Part shown: piece by piece, positions 48,957 to 57,911 of the stretch
Numbering within the stretch: position 1 is the stretch's first letter
How the letters are laid out: each line of letters opens with the position of its first letter
Source of the DNA: an uncultured Chloroflexia bacterium
GTDB lineage: Bacteria > Chloroflexota > Limnocylindria > Limnocylindrales > CSP1-4
Direction: 5' to 3'
Length of the DNA: 64,000 nt
Assembly (NCBI GenBank): GCA_963748625.1
Contig: CAVVJT010000007.1
Location: 736,001 to 800,000, forward strand
The notes under the pieces: model-generated
Told to the model about the DNA's origin: nothing
Database searches by the model: none
Seen by the model: only the letters and a program-made list of their open reading frames with translations
Program-made: the position numbers and the translations under genes

Positions 48957-49733
48957 ATGCGACTCGCTGACAAGGTGGCCGTGATCACCGGCACCGGCTC
49001 CGGTATGGGCCGCGCGATGGCCAACCTCTTCGCACAGGAAGGGGCGAAGGTCGTTGCGGCGGAATGGAACCAGGCGGCGCTCGACGAGGTGGTGGCCGAG
49101 GTCACGACCGCCGGCGGAACCATCACGGGCATCGCAGGCGACGTCTCGAACCGCGAGGATGACCAGCGGATCATCCAGACGGCGATCGACACGTACGGGC
49201 GGATCGACATCCTCTGCAACAACGCGGGGATCATGGACAACATGGCCGCCGCCGGCGACTTCGACGAGGCGACCTTGCACAAGGTCATGGCCGTGAATGC
49301 CTTCGGGCCGCTCTACCTGATCAACGCAGCGCTGCCCCACTTCCTCGCCGAGGGCAAGGGCGTCATCGTGAACACCGCGTCGCTGGCGGGCGTCGGCGGC
49401 GGGGCGGCGGGCGTCGTCTACACGATGAGCAAGCACGCCTGTGTGGGCCTCACGAAGAACGTGGCGTGGGCCTACGCGAAGTCCGGGATCCGCTGCAATG
49501 CGATGGCCGTCGGCGGCGTCAACACCGGGATCATGGCCAACACCGCGGGCAAGGTGGCGCCCCTCGACCCGACGTCGCTCGGACTGGGCCGCGCGATGGC
49601 GTACAGCGCGCTCGCCCCGGGCTTCGGCGAGCCGATCGACATCGCCAACCTCGCGCTCTTCCTGGCCTCGGACGAGTCGCGCTTCATGAACGGCGCAATC
49701 GTCCACATCGACGCGGGCTGGAGCGCCGCCTGA
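48957..49733 (+). CDS. Short-chain dehydrogenase/reductase
   Basis: TGTGSGMG, NNAG, YTMSK, DAGW. Confidence 0.92.
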   Translation: MRLADKVAVITGTGSGMGRAMANLFAQEGAKVVAAEWNQAALDEVVAEVTTAGGTITGIAGDVSNREDDQRIIQTAIDTYGRIDILCNNAGIMDNMAAAGDFDEATLHKVMAVNAFGPLYLINAALPHFLAEGKGVIVNTASLAGVGGGAAGVVYTMSKHACVGLTKNVAWAYAKSGIRCNAMAVGGVNTGIMANTAGKVAPLDPTSLGLGRAMAYSALAPGFGEPIDIANLALFLASDESRFMNGAIVHIDAGWSAA

Positions 49734-49797
49734 CCAACCGGCGGTGAGGGCGGCATTCCCGTCGCCCTCGCCGCCCTCGCGGTACAAGGAGCCGGTT

Positions 49798-50262
49798 GTG
49801 GCCTACCTCGTGGATTTCGCCAACGTCTCTGCGATCGGTCTGGAGTCGTCCCCGGTGGCACCCGCGCTCGCCGGCCTGCGCGCGAACGAGGCCCGCTACT
49901 TCAAGACCAAGTACGACCACGACTTCACCGTGGTGCCGGCGGACGATGCTCCCGAGACCGTCGCGTACGTCGCCCGCGTCCTGCGCGAGGAGCGGGGCCT
50001 GGTCATCGCGTCGCGCCCCCTCGAGGTCACCGAGTTCGTGGTCGATGGCGTCCGCTGGACCTACGTCTTCTACGAGAGCGGCCTCTCGATCAACGTCCTC
50101 TACACGCTCGAGGACGCGGGCAAGCGCGCCGTTGGCTTCAAGCTCTCCGACGGCATGGAGGTCCCAGACGAGCTGGCGCCGAAGTTCAAGTTCGTGCGCC
50201 AGAAGTCCAAGCTGGCGGGCACCATCCGGGGCTCGTACTTCGTGATCAAAGGCGAGTACTGA
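49798..50262 (+). CDS. Conserved-looking hypothetical protein
   Basis: GTG after AAGGAG; GLESSPV..LAGLRANEARYF...RAVGFKLSDG...KSKLAGTIRGSYF. Confidence 0.7.
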   Translation: MAYLVDFANVSAIGLESSPVAPALAGLRANEARYFKTKYDHDFTVVPADDAPETVAYVARVLREERGLVIASRPLEVTEFVVDGVRWTYVFYESGLSINVLYTLEDAGKRAVGFKLSDGMEVPDELAPKFKFVRQKSKLAGTIRGSYFVIKGEY

Positions 50263-50287
50263 CCCGCTGGGCCAGGTGATGGGCCGC

Positions 50288-51424
50288 TCACCAGCCCCCG
50301 AAGCTCGGCCAGACTGCCTCCACGGCTGGATCCGCGCCGCTGACGACCTGGTACTCCAGGTACTGGGCGGCCGTCGCGCACGCGTGGTTCGGCAGGATGC
50401 GCAGCCGCGTCCCGACCGGGAGATCCGGGAGTGACGCCTCGCTCCCCGGCCGCATGGCAAGGATGCCGTGCTCCTGGGTCGCGTCGACCATGCGCAGGTT
50501 CGAGAGCAGGGTGCCCTGCAGGTCCGTGACCAGCCCGTAGCCCTGGTCGACGGCCTGTAGTGCCGTGCCCCGGTCACGGGACATCGCCATCCAGCCGCCG
50601 TCGGTCATCACCCAGCCCTTGTCGCGGCGGTGGCCGATGACCGTCACCACCACGGAGAGGGCGAGGTCGTCCAGGCTGCAGACGCCGATGCCCGCCATGA
50701 CAAGGTCGAAGAAGACGAAGACCCCGGCGCGGACCTCCGTGATTCCGCCGGCGCCGGCGGGTGCGAATGCGGTCGGCGTGGAGCCGGCGCTGAGAACCGG
50801 ACACGGGAGCGACGCCGCCCGCAGGGCTTCCGCCGCGAGCGCGAGGGACCCCCGCTCAGTGTCGGCCGCCTGCCCTTGGGCCTCGGGGGTGGATGCGAAG
50901 TACGACTCGCCGGCATGGTCGAGCACGCCGCGCAGCTCCGCCCCGCCATCCTCGAGTGCCCGGCCGATCGCCACGAGCGAAGGGTCGGTAGACGGGATGC
51001 CACCACGGTGGCCGTCGCAGTCGATCTCGATCAGCGCGGGAATCCGCATCCCGGCCCGGCGCGACGCCTCGGCAACCGCGCCGGCCTGGGCCACGCTGTC
51101 GAGCAGGACAGCCAGGTCGACGCCCTGCCGGCGGAGGTCGACGACGCGGCCCAGCTTCTGCGGCGCGATCCCCACCGCGTAGACGATGTCGGCGTACCCG
51201 GCAGCCGCAAAGTGCTCGGCCTCGGCCAGCGTGGACACGGCGATGGGCCCGGGGCCGCTGGGGAAGACGCGTGCCGCCACGTCCAGCGACTTGGCGGTCT
51301 TGACGTGCAGCCGCAGCGGCACTCCCAAGGCGTCCAGGTGCTCACGGAGCCGGGCGATGTTGCAGTCGAGGCGCACCCGGTCCACGACGGCGAACGGCGT
51401 GATGGGATCGAGCAGGGTCGTCAT
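50288..51424 (-). CDS. DSD1/D-threonine aldolase family PLP-dependent enzyme
   Basis: HVKTAKS PLP lysine, STLAEAE, GSTPT, EVRAGV, QEHG, PNHAC. Confidence 0.9.
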   Translation of the reverse strand: MTTLLDPITPFAVVDRVRLDCNIARLREHLDALGVPLRLHVKTAKSLDVAARVFPSGPGPIAVSTLAEAEHFAAAGYADIVYAVGIAPQKLGRVVDLRRQGVDLAVLLDSVAQAGAVAEASRRAGMRIPALIEIDCDGHRGGIPSTDPSLVAIGRALEDGGAELRGVLDHAGESYFASTPEAQGQAADTERGSLALAAEALRAASLPCPVLSAGSTPTAFAPAGAGGITEVRAGVFVFFDLVMAGIGVCSLDDLALSVVVTVIGHRRDKGWVMTDGGWMAMSRDRGTALQAVDQGYGLVTDLQGTLLSNLRMVDATQEHGILAMRPGSEASLPDLPVGTRLRILPNHACATAAQYLEYQVVSGADPAVEAVWPSFGGW

Positions 51425-51460
51425 CGCGCATCAGGATGCCACGCACGGAGCAGGCGAACG

Positions 51461-51520
51461 CCGCGGCAGGGTGTCGGACGTCGCCGCAGGGTGTCGGACG
51501 TCGCCGCAGGGTGTCGGAGC
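51461..51520. repeat. 20-bp tandem repeat, three copies, intergenic
   Basis: (t)cgccgcagggtgtcggacg repeated three times with minor variation. Confidence 0.85.
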
Positions 51521-51628
51521 GTCGCGGCATGGCCGGGTCGATGCCCGGCCTGATCACGGCGGCACCCGGGCGGATGCCGATATGCTGGCAGCCCGGCACG
51601 CGCGTACCGAACCTGGCAGGAGCCTCCG

Positions 51629-52903
51629 ATGCCCGACCTCCCGGATCTGATCCCCCTCGACGTGGCGCAGGCCCACGTGCTCGACGGCGTCGTCCCACTT
51701 CCCTCGGAGACCGTCGCCCTCGAAGCGGCGGCAGGCCTGTGCCTTGCCGCGCCCGTCGCCTCCACGCTGACGGTCCCGTCATGGATCAACAGCGCGATGG
51801 ACGGGTTCGCGGTCCGCGGGGCGGACCTGGCGGGAGCCTCCCGGGCGACCCCCGTCGTGCTCCAGGTCCTGGGCGAGGTGGCCGCCGGCCGGCCGCCGGA
51901 GGGCGTCGTCACCGAGGGGACCGCGATCCGGATCATGACCGGCGCGATGCTCCCCGACGGCGCCGACACGGTGGTCCCGGTGGAGGACACGGACGCCCCT
52001 GCAGGTGCGTCGGACATCCCGGACCGGGTCTCGATCTACAGCGCCGTCCGGACGGGCGACCATGTCCGCCACCCCGGCAGCGACGTCCAGGCCGGTGCCC
52101 ACCTGCTCGACGCCGGACGCGCCTGCGATGCCGCGGCGATCGCGCTCCTGGCCGCCACCGGCAACGCCTCGGTCCTGGTGCACCGCCGGCCCCGGGTGGC
52201 CGTCATCTCCACCGGCGACGAGCTGGTCCCGCCCGGCGAGCCGCTGGGGCCGGGCCAGATCCACGACTCCAACTCGTTCACCCTCGCCGCCCAGGCCTCC
52301 GAGGCCGGCGCGGAGGTCCGCCGCCTGGGCGTCGCGCGCGACACCCTCGAGGACCTGCTGGGCCTGCTGCGCGAGGCGGTCGCCTGGGCCGACGTGGTGA
52401 TCCTGAGCGGCGGCGTCTCGGTGGGCGCCCACGATCACGTGAAGGCCGCTTTCGGCACCATGGGCGACCTCGCGCTGTGGCGCGTGGCGATCAAGCCGGG
52501 GCGGCCGTTCGCCTTCGGCAAGGCCTCGGTCGGCGACCGCACCGTCCGCCTGTTCGGCCTGCCGGGCAATCCGGTCAGCGTGTTCGTCACGTTCGAGCTG
52601 TTCGTGCGGCCGGTCCTGCGCACGCTTGCCGGGCACACCAGGGCCTTCGACCGCCCGGTCCGGATCGTCCGCCTGGCCGATCCCATGCGCGGGGCGTCGG
52701 GCCGCCAGAACATCAACCGGGTCGTCCTGGTGCCCGACCCCGAGCGCCCGGACGGCCTTCTCGCGAGGACGTCCGGCGGTCAGGACTCCTACATGCTGGG
52801 CTCGCTCTCGAGGGCTAACGCGATGGTCTTCGTGCCGCCGGACACGGACCTGCCGGCGGGCGCCGACATCACGGCGTGGGTGCTGCGCGGCCTCGACGGC
52901 TGA
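51629..52903 (+). CDS. moeA: Molybdopterin/tungstopterin metal-insertase
   Basis: NSAMDGFAV, RIMTGA, STGDEL, DSN, SGGVSVG, KPGRP, GLPGNPVS. Confidence 0.95.
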   Translation: MPDLPDLIPLDVAQAHVLDGVVPLPSETVALEAAAGLCLAAPVASTLTVPSWINSAMDGFAVRGADLAGASRATPVVLQVLGEVAAGRPPEGVVTEGTAIRIMTGAMLPDGADTVVPVEDTDAPAGASDIPDRVSIYSAVRTGDHVRHPGSDVQAGAHLLDAGRACDAAAIALLAATGNASVLVHRRPRVAVISTGDELVPPGEPLGPGQIHDSNSFTLAAQASEAGAEVRRLGVARDTLEDLLGLLREAVAWADVVILSGGVSVGAHDHVKAAFGTMGDLALWRVAIKPGRPFAFGKASVGDRTVRLFGLPGNPVSVFVTFELFVRPVLRTLAGHTRAFDRPVRIVRLADPMRGASGRQNINRVVLVPDPERPDGLLARTSGGQDSYMLGSLSRANAMVFVPPDTDLPAGADITAWVLRGLDG

Positions 52904-52994
52904 CGTCGCCACAGCGCTCCAGCTGCGGGAACGGCGCGCCCGTTCTTGTGACGTGGCCGTCGTGGTCTCCGACGCCTCCGACCCCGGAGGCGAA

Positions 52995-53212
52995 CCTCAT
53001 CCCACAAGGATGGTTTGGCGAATCTATCCGTGCAGGGATGGAAATCGAGGCGGTGCGTGCAGGGCTCAGCCCCCGAAGTCGGGGGTCGGGGTCCGGCCTG
53101 TGCACGCCGGAGGCGATTCCTATCCGGAGGGGGCTTGTTCGCCGTTTCCACTTGGGCGAATGAAATCCGGGTCCGGGAGCGCAGCTGGGTCACCGGGAGC
53201 GCAGCTGGGTCA
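52995..53212. repeat. Intergenic dispersed repeat, copy B, followed by a 20-bp tandem duplication
   Basis: Similar to 38460-38645; ccgggagcgcagctgggtca at 53173-53192 and 53193-53212. Confidence 0.65.
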
Positions 53213-53254
53213 GTTGTGGAAGGTGAACTGCGCCGCTGCGGTGTGCGTGACCTC

Positions 53255-53491
53255 TCAGCCCCCGCTCGTCGGCGGGAAGCAGTCGACCCGGTCCGTGTCG
53301 GACACGACCAGACCGGGTTCGTCCACGCGCACGACCTCGCCGTTGAGGCCAAGCACCGCGATGTCGGCCACGGGCACGCCGATCAGCGCGAGCGCCTCGA
53401 CGAGGGGCATGCTCCGCTCAAGCGAGAACTCGAACCGGCTGCGCCTGCCGGGGCCGTAGAACCCGAGCTCCCCCCAGAGGTGGACCTTCAC
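53255..53491 (-). CDS. MoaD/ThiS family sulfur carrier
   Basis: 78 aa beta-grasp protein ending FPPTSGG; its start overlaps the AOR stop. Confidence 0.88.
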   Translation of the reverse strand: MKVHLWGELGFYGPGRRSRFEFSLERSMPLVEALALIGVPVADIAVLGLNGEVVRVDEPGLVVSDTDRVDCFPPTSGG

Positions 53492-55392
53492 CCGACGGTG
53501 GCGCCCGTCGTCCAGGCGAGCCCCAGGCGCTCAAGGCACGCCGCGGTCGGGGCGCCGGTCTGCGGGTCCCAGCCCTTCAGCGTGTAGAGCGCCGAGATCG
53601 CCGCCTCGAAGTCGTCACGGTCGATCGACACGCCCGTCAGCGGGCCGCCCTCGAGCGGGAGATGCAGGCGCTCGGGCAGCTTGTCCGCTCGCCGGTCGAA
53701 GCCCTCGCGCACGTTGAACATCCGCGCCATGTTCACCGCGCGCTCGCCGATCTCCAGCAGCTCGTCCACCGTCACGTCCCAGCCGGTCGCGGCACGCACC
53801 GCCGCCACCACCTCGTCAACCTGGATGAACGAGCGGGGCGCCGGGCCGAAGAAGCACAGGCCCAGCACCTTCTCGGCGCTGTTCCAGCGCTCACCCGTGT
53901 ACCAGATGCCCACCTTGACGGGGCCCAGGTCCCGCGCAGGAGACGGTTCGGTGATGCCCAGCGGCATCGCGCCCTTGAAGCCGACGGACTCCGGGTTCAC
54001 GAAGATCGGGTCGTGGAAGCCGACGAGGTGGTCGGCCCCGGCCTCGTTGGTCGCGTAGCCGAGGGCCACGCCCACCTTGCCGCGCGGCTCGTGCATCGCG
54101 AGCTCCAGGCCCTTGACCTGCATGGCCCACGCCTCGGATCCGCCGCCCACACGCTCCGCGATCGCACGGGAGCCCAGCGCGAGCAGCGCGCCTGCGCCCC
54201 GCCGGTCCGCGATCAGCGGGATCGCCTCGAGCACCGCCTCGCCGTTGCCGAAGCGCAGGTCGAGACCGCCCAGGTCCCGCTCCACGTCGAGCAGCCCATG
54301 CTCCACGCACTCCATGACGAACGCCGTGGTACCGGCCGCGGAGATCACGTCGATGCCCAGCTCGTTGCACAGCTCGTTGACCTTGGCGACGAGCTGGATG
54401 TCGAAGATGGCGCAGTTGGAGCCGAAGCCCGCGATCGCCTCGTACTCCGGACCGTCGTACGTGTCCGTGACGCGATAGCGGCCCTCGAACGCCGTCTCGG
54501 GCTTGCAGCGGACAGCGCAGGCGTAGCAGGTGCGCGTCGCGCTGCGGATCGCCTCGAACGCCGCGTAGCCGATCCCCTCGACCTGCTCGAACGAGCCCAT
54601 GCGGAAGTTGCGGGTCGGCAGGATGCCCGCGGCGTTGAGCCCGTCGGTCAGGCCGGGCGTGCCCTTGGTGCGGAGGTCCCACGACTGCGGATGCTCGGTC
54701 ACGCGATCCGCGAGGCCCTTGCCCAGCTTGCCCAGGGCGGCCGGGTCGTGGGCGAGCTTCAGGTACCGGCTGGAGCCCTTGACCGCGATCGCGCGCACGT
54801 TCTTGGAGCCCATCACGGCGCCCATCCCGGTGCGCCCGTTGTAGTGGCGCAGGTCGTTCATGAGCATCGCGTACGGGACGAGGTTCTCGCCCGCGCGGCC
54901 GATCTGCAGTACGCGCGCGTTCTTCTCACCGGTCTCCGCGCGGATCACGTCCTGGACGAACGGCGGATCCTGGCCCCACAGGGCGGCGGCGTCGCGGATC
55001 TCCGCCTCGCCGTCGCGGATCCAGATCCAGACCGGGTGCGGCGAGCGACCCGTGAGGATGATGGCGTCCAAGCCCGCCATCTTGAGCTCGGGGCCCCAGT
55101 AGCCGCCCGCCTCGGACTCGCCGAAGCCGCCGGTGAGCGGGGACCGGGCGATCGCGTTGAACCGGGTGGCGGTGGAGACCGGCGCGCCGGTCAGCAGGCC
55201 CGTGGCCAGGACAAGGACGTTGTCGGGGCCCAGGGGGTCGGCACCGGCCGGCATCTCGCGCAGCAGGTGGTAGGCGGCCAGCGCCTTGCCGCCCGGGTAC
55301 TGGCGATAGAACGCCTCGTCGAAGGTCTCGACGGCGGTCGTGCCCGCCGTCAGATCAATGCGGAGGATCGCCCCGTTGCTGCCGAACCCCAT
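53488..55392 (-). CDS. aor: Tungsten-dependent aldehyde:ferredoxin oxidoreductase (AOR/WOR family), paralog 1
   Basis: ARSPLTG, GRTGMGAVMGSKN, CYACAVRC, GPEYE, GADH, RMFNVREG, KGWD. Confidence 0.92.
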   Translation of the reverse strand: MGFGSNGAILRIDLTAGTTAVETFDEAFYRQYPGGKALAAYHLLREMPAGADPLGPDNVLVLATGLLTGAPVSTATRFNAIARSPLTGGFGESEAGGYWGPELKMAGLDAIILTGRSPHPVWIWIRDGEAEIRDAAALWGQDPPFVQDVIRAETGEKNARVLQIGRAGENLVPYAMLMNDLRHYNGRTGMGAVMGSKNVRAIAVKGSSRYLKLAHDPAALGKLGKGLADRVTEHPQSWDLRTKGTPGLTDGLNAAGILPTRNFRMGSFEQVEGIGYAAFEAIRSATRTCYACAVRCKPETAFEGRYRVTDTYDGPEYEAIAGFGSNCAIFDIQLVAKVNELCNELGIDVISAAGTTAFVMECVEHGLLDVERDLGGLDLRFGNGEAVLEAIPLIADRRGAGALLALGSRAIAERVGGGSEAWAMQVKGLELAMHEPRGKVGVALGYATNEAGADHLVGFHDPIFVNPESVGFKGAMPLGITEPSPARDLGPVKVGIWYTGERWNSAEKVLGLCFFGPAPRSFIQVDEVVAAVRAATGWDVTVDELLEIGERAVNMARMFNVREGFDRRADKLPERLHLPLEGGPLTGVSIDRDDFEAAISALYTLKGWDPQTGAPTAACLERLGLAWTTGATVG

Positions 55393-55570
55393 CGGAACCT
55401 CTGTGCCTGTCCCCGCCGGAAGGTGGCGGACTGCCGGATTACATGATGCCCCGCCGGCGGGAAGGTTGTCGTCGCCCGGTGGACCCGTCTGATCCACCTC
55501 ACGGGCCATGTCGACAGGGCCGACCGCGACCGTCCATCAGATGGCCGCGGTCGTTCGAGGTGCGGTAGTC

Positions 55571-55810
55571 CTACTCGAAGTACTTGGCGCCCGGCAGGCT
55601 GCCGTCCATCACGTAGCCACCGTCAACGTACAGGACCTTGCCTGTCACGTACCGGGCCTCGTCCGAGGCCAGGAAGAGGATCGGCGCGGCGATCCATTCG
55701 GCCTCGGCGATCTCCTGGAGCGAGATCCGCGCGAGCAGGGCCTTCTTCACCGACCCGGTATTCATGGGCACCGTGAGCTCGGTGAACGTTGCACCGTGGG
55801 AAATCGTGTG
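55571..55810 (-). pseudogene. C-terminal fragment of an SDR oxidoreductase
   Basis: FLASDEARYVTGKVLYVDGG SDR tail with no upstream Rossmann or YxxxK part. Confidence 0.7.
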
Positions 55811-55978
55811 AGGAGGCTGGCGACCGCGCTGGGGTCCGCACCGCGGGGGGGACGAGGATCGTGGCGGCAACGCGACGAACGGCCCTGTCGGTGGACACTC
55901 GCAAACCGCAGCGTCGGGCCGGGTGACGTACACGAGCCGGGACCCTGCATCCCGCCGTCGCCAACGGGGAGGTCGGAG

Positions 55979-57079
55979 ATGCCGAGGGGCTGGGGATGGT
56001 CTTCGAGGCCGCTGGCCATGGCGGGGATCGTCGTCCTGGTGGGGGCCCTGCTCGGTCTGCCGCAGGCCGCCGCGACGTCATGGACAGGAGCGCCAGCGCC
56101 ACGCTCCGGCGCCGACGTCGCCGGGACGGTGACGGTGTCCGCGAACGCGGTGGGCTTCCTTCCGCGAAGCATCCAGATCTACAGCTTCGACAACACGCTC
56201 CTCACCACCTGCCAGGCGACGGCGACGTGCTCGCTCGACGTGCCCGTCGACTCGCACATGGTCGTGCGCTTCGAGGCGCCCGTACCCTTCTCGCTCGAGT
56301 GCCCGGCCGGCTCGAACACCGACGGACCCAGCGCGATCGACGGAGTCTGGTACGGCTGGTGCGGCAGCCTCAGCGCCTCCCCGATCATCGCCGGCAGCGA
56401 CGTCACCGCGACGGCGACCGCGACGGGGGTCGTCCTGCCCAAGGCCGTCATCGACACGCTGCCGACCTGGACGACCTCCACGCAGATCGAGTTCGACTGG
56501 GACGGGTTCGACGGCAACTGGCCGGTCACCTCCTTCGACGTCCGCTATCGGCGGGCCGCGTGGAACGGCTCCTTTGGCGCCTACGCGACATGGAAGGCCG
56601 GGACGGTCGCCGAGTGGGGCATCTTCGCGGCGTCGCCCGGGTCCACGTACTGCTTCGGCGTGCGCGCCAACGACTCCAACGGCGGCCACTCCGCGTGGAC
56701 CGCCGACTCGTGCACGGCCGTGCCGCTCGATGACCGCTCCCTCACGCGGTCGGCACACTGGACGGCCGGGACCAGCCCATCCTACTTCCGCTCGACGTGG
56801 CTGCGGTCGCGGACGGCCGGCGCAACGCTCACTCGGACCAACGTCGTCGCCAAGCGCATCGCGCTCGTCGCGACGACGTGCTCGACCTGTGGGAAGGTCA
56901 AGGTCTACTGGGGCTCGACCCTGCTCAAGACCGTCAACCTCTCCTCGCCGACAACGGTCACGAAGAAGGTCATCGCCATCGCCACGTTCACCTCGGTCCG
57001 GACCGGCAAGGTCCGGATCGTGCAGGCCTCGGCCGGCAAGAAGGTGCTGGTGGATGGCCTGGCGATCCGCCGCAACTGA
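55979..57079 (+). CDS. Secreted protein with Fn3-like and C-terminal jelly-roll-like domain
   Basis: Signal peptide; FDVRYRRA.W...PGSTYCFGVRAND...CTAVPLDDRSL...VLVDGL. Confidence 0.75.
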   Translation: MPRGWGWSSRPLAMAGIVVLVGALLGLPQAAATSWTGAPAPRSGADVAGTVTVSANAVGFLPRSIQIYSFDNTLLTTCQATATCSLDVPVDSHMVVRFEAPVPFSLECPAGSNTDGPSAIDGVWYGWCGSLSASPIIAGSDVTATATATGVVLPKAVIDTLPTWTTSTQIEFDWDGFDGNWPVTSFDVRYRRAAWNGSFGAYATWKAGTVAEWGIFAASPGSTYCFGVRANDSNGGHSAWTADSCTAVPLDDRSLTRSAHWTAGTSPSYFRSTWLRSRTAGATLTRTNVVAKRIALVATTCSTCGKVKVYWGSTLLKTVNLSSPTTVTKKVIAIATFTSVRTGKVRIVQASAGKKVLVDGLAIRRN

Positions 57080-57257
57080 TCTCCCGGGGGGATGGAGGAA
57101 GCCCCACCCCGATAACATGGCGGGCTGACGGCTCGGTCCGACGCGGATCACGGGGCCGGCGTCCGCTTGACGCGCCGGGAGGGCCGCGCGGCGGCGTCGG
57201 TGAGCTTGTGCCCCAGCTCGTCGTCCGCGGCGAGCCGGTCGAGGTCCTCCGCGGCCG

Positions 57258-57650
57258 TCAGGGGAGTGTCGTGAAGCCGGCGGTCCGGAAGTCGGCATCG
57301 AGGGCGATCGCCGTCTCGATTGCCTCGCGGCGCATGAACGCGAAGCTCGTCCGATCCACGAGGGAGACCGAGGATTCGACTGCGTCCCGGAATGCCGCGA
57401 CGGCGACGGCATGGAGCTCCGCGTCGACCGGCACGACATCGAGCGCCGGGATGATCCGGTCGATGATCTCGGCCGTCACCGCGGGGCCATAGCGACGGCG
57501 GGCGACCGCCAGGGTCTCGACGATGACGTAGGCATGGGTCGCGAGGGCCTCGAAGCGCCCGCGCGTGAACGCCTCCTTGACGCCTGCATGCGCCGGATCA
57601 TCACGGTCCAGGAGCGCGAGGATCCCGCTCGAGTCCACGAACAGCGTCAC
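57258..57650 (-). CDS. vapC: PIN-domain VapC toxin
   Basis: FVDSSG, VET, SLVDRTSF, ALDADF acidic PIN residues. Confidence 0.9.
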   Translation of the reverse strand: MTLFVDSSGILALLDRDDPAHAGVKEAFTRGRFEALATHAYVIVETLAVARRRYGPAVTAEIIDRIIPALDVVPVDAELHAVAVAAFRDAVESSVSLVDRTSFAFMRREAIETAIALDADFRTAGFTTLP

Positions 57651-57889
57651 CAGGGTTCCTCGCCGAGGATGGCGTCATGATCCCGGGCAACCGTGCCTGT
57701 CCCGGACGCAGCCGTGCCGGCCGAGGCCAGCAGCACGTCGATCCGGGCACGTCGCCGGGCATCCTCGTCGGGAACGACCTGGTCCACCGCATCCCGCACC
57801 ACGGCTGCCAGCGAGACATGCCGCCTGCGCGCTTCCAGGCGGAGGCGTCGCATCTGGTCGTCGGTCAGGGAGATCTGCGTCCGGATCAT
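57647..57889 (-). CDS. vapB: CopG/RHH antitoxin
   Basis: MIRTQISL...VSLAAVVRDAVD...ARDHD; overlaps the vapC start by 4 nt. Confidence 0.85.
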   Translation of the reverse strand: MIRTQISLTDDQMRRLRLEARRRHVSLAAVVRDAVDQVVPDEDARRRARIDVLLASAGTAASGTGTVARDHDAILGEEPW

Positions 57890-57911
57890 GCGTAGATGAT
57901 AACAGTCCGGC

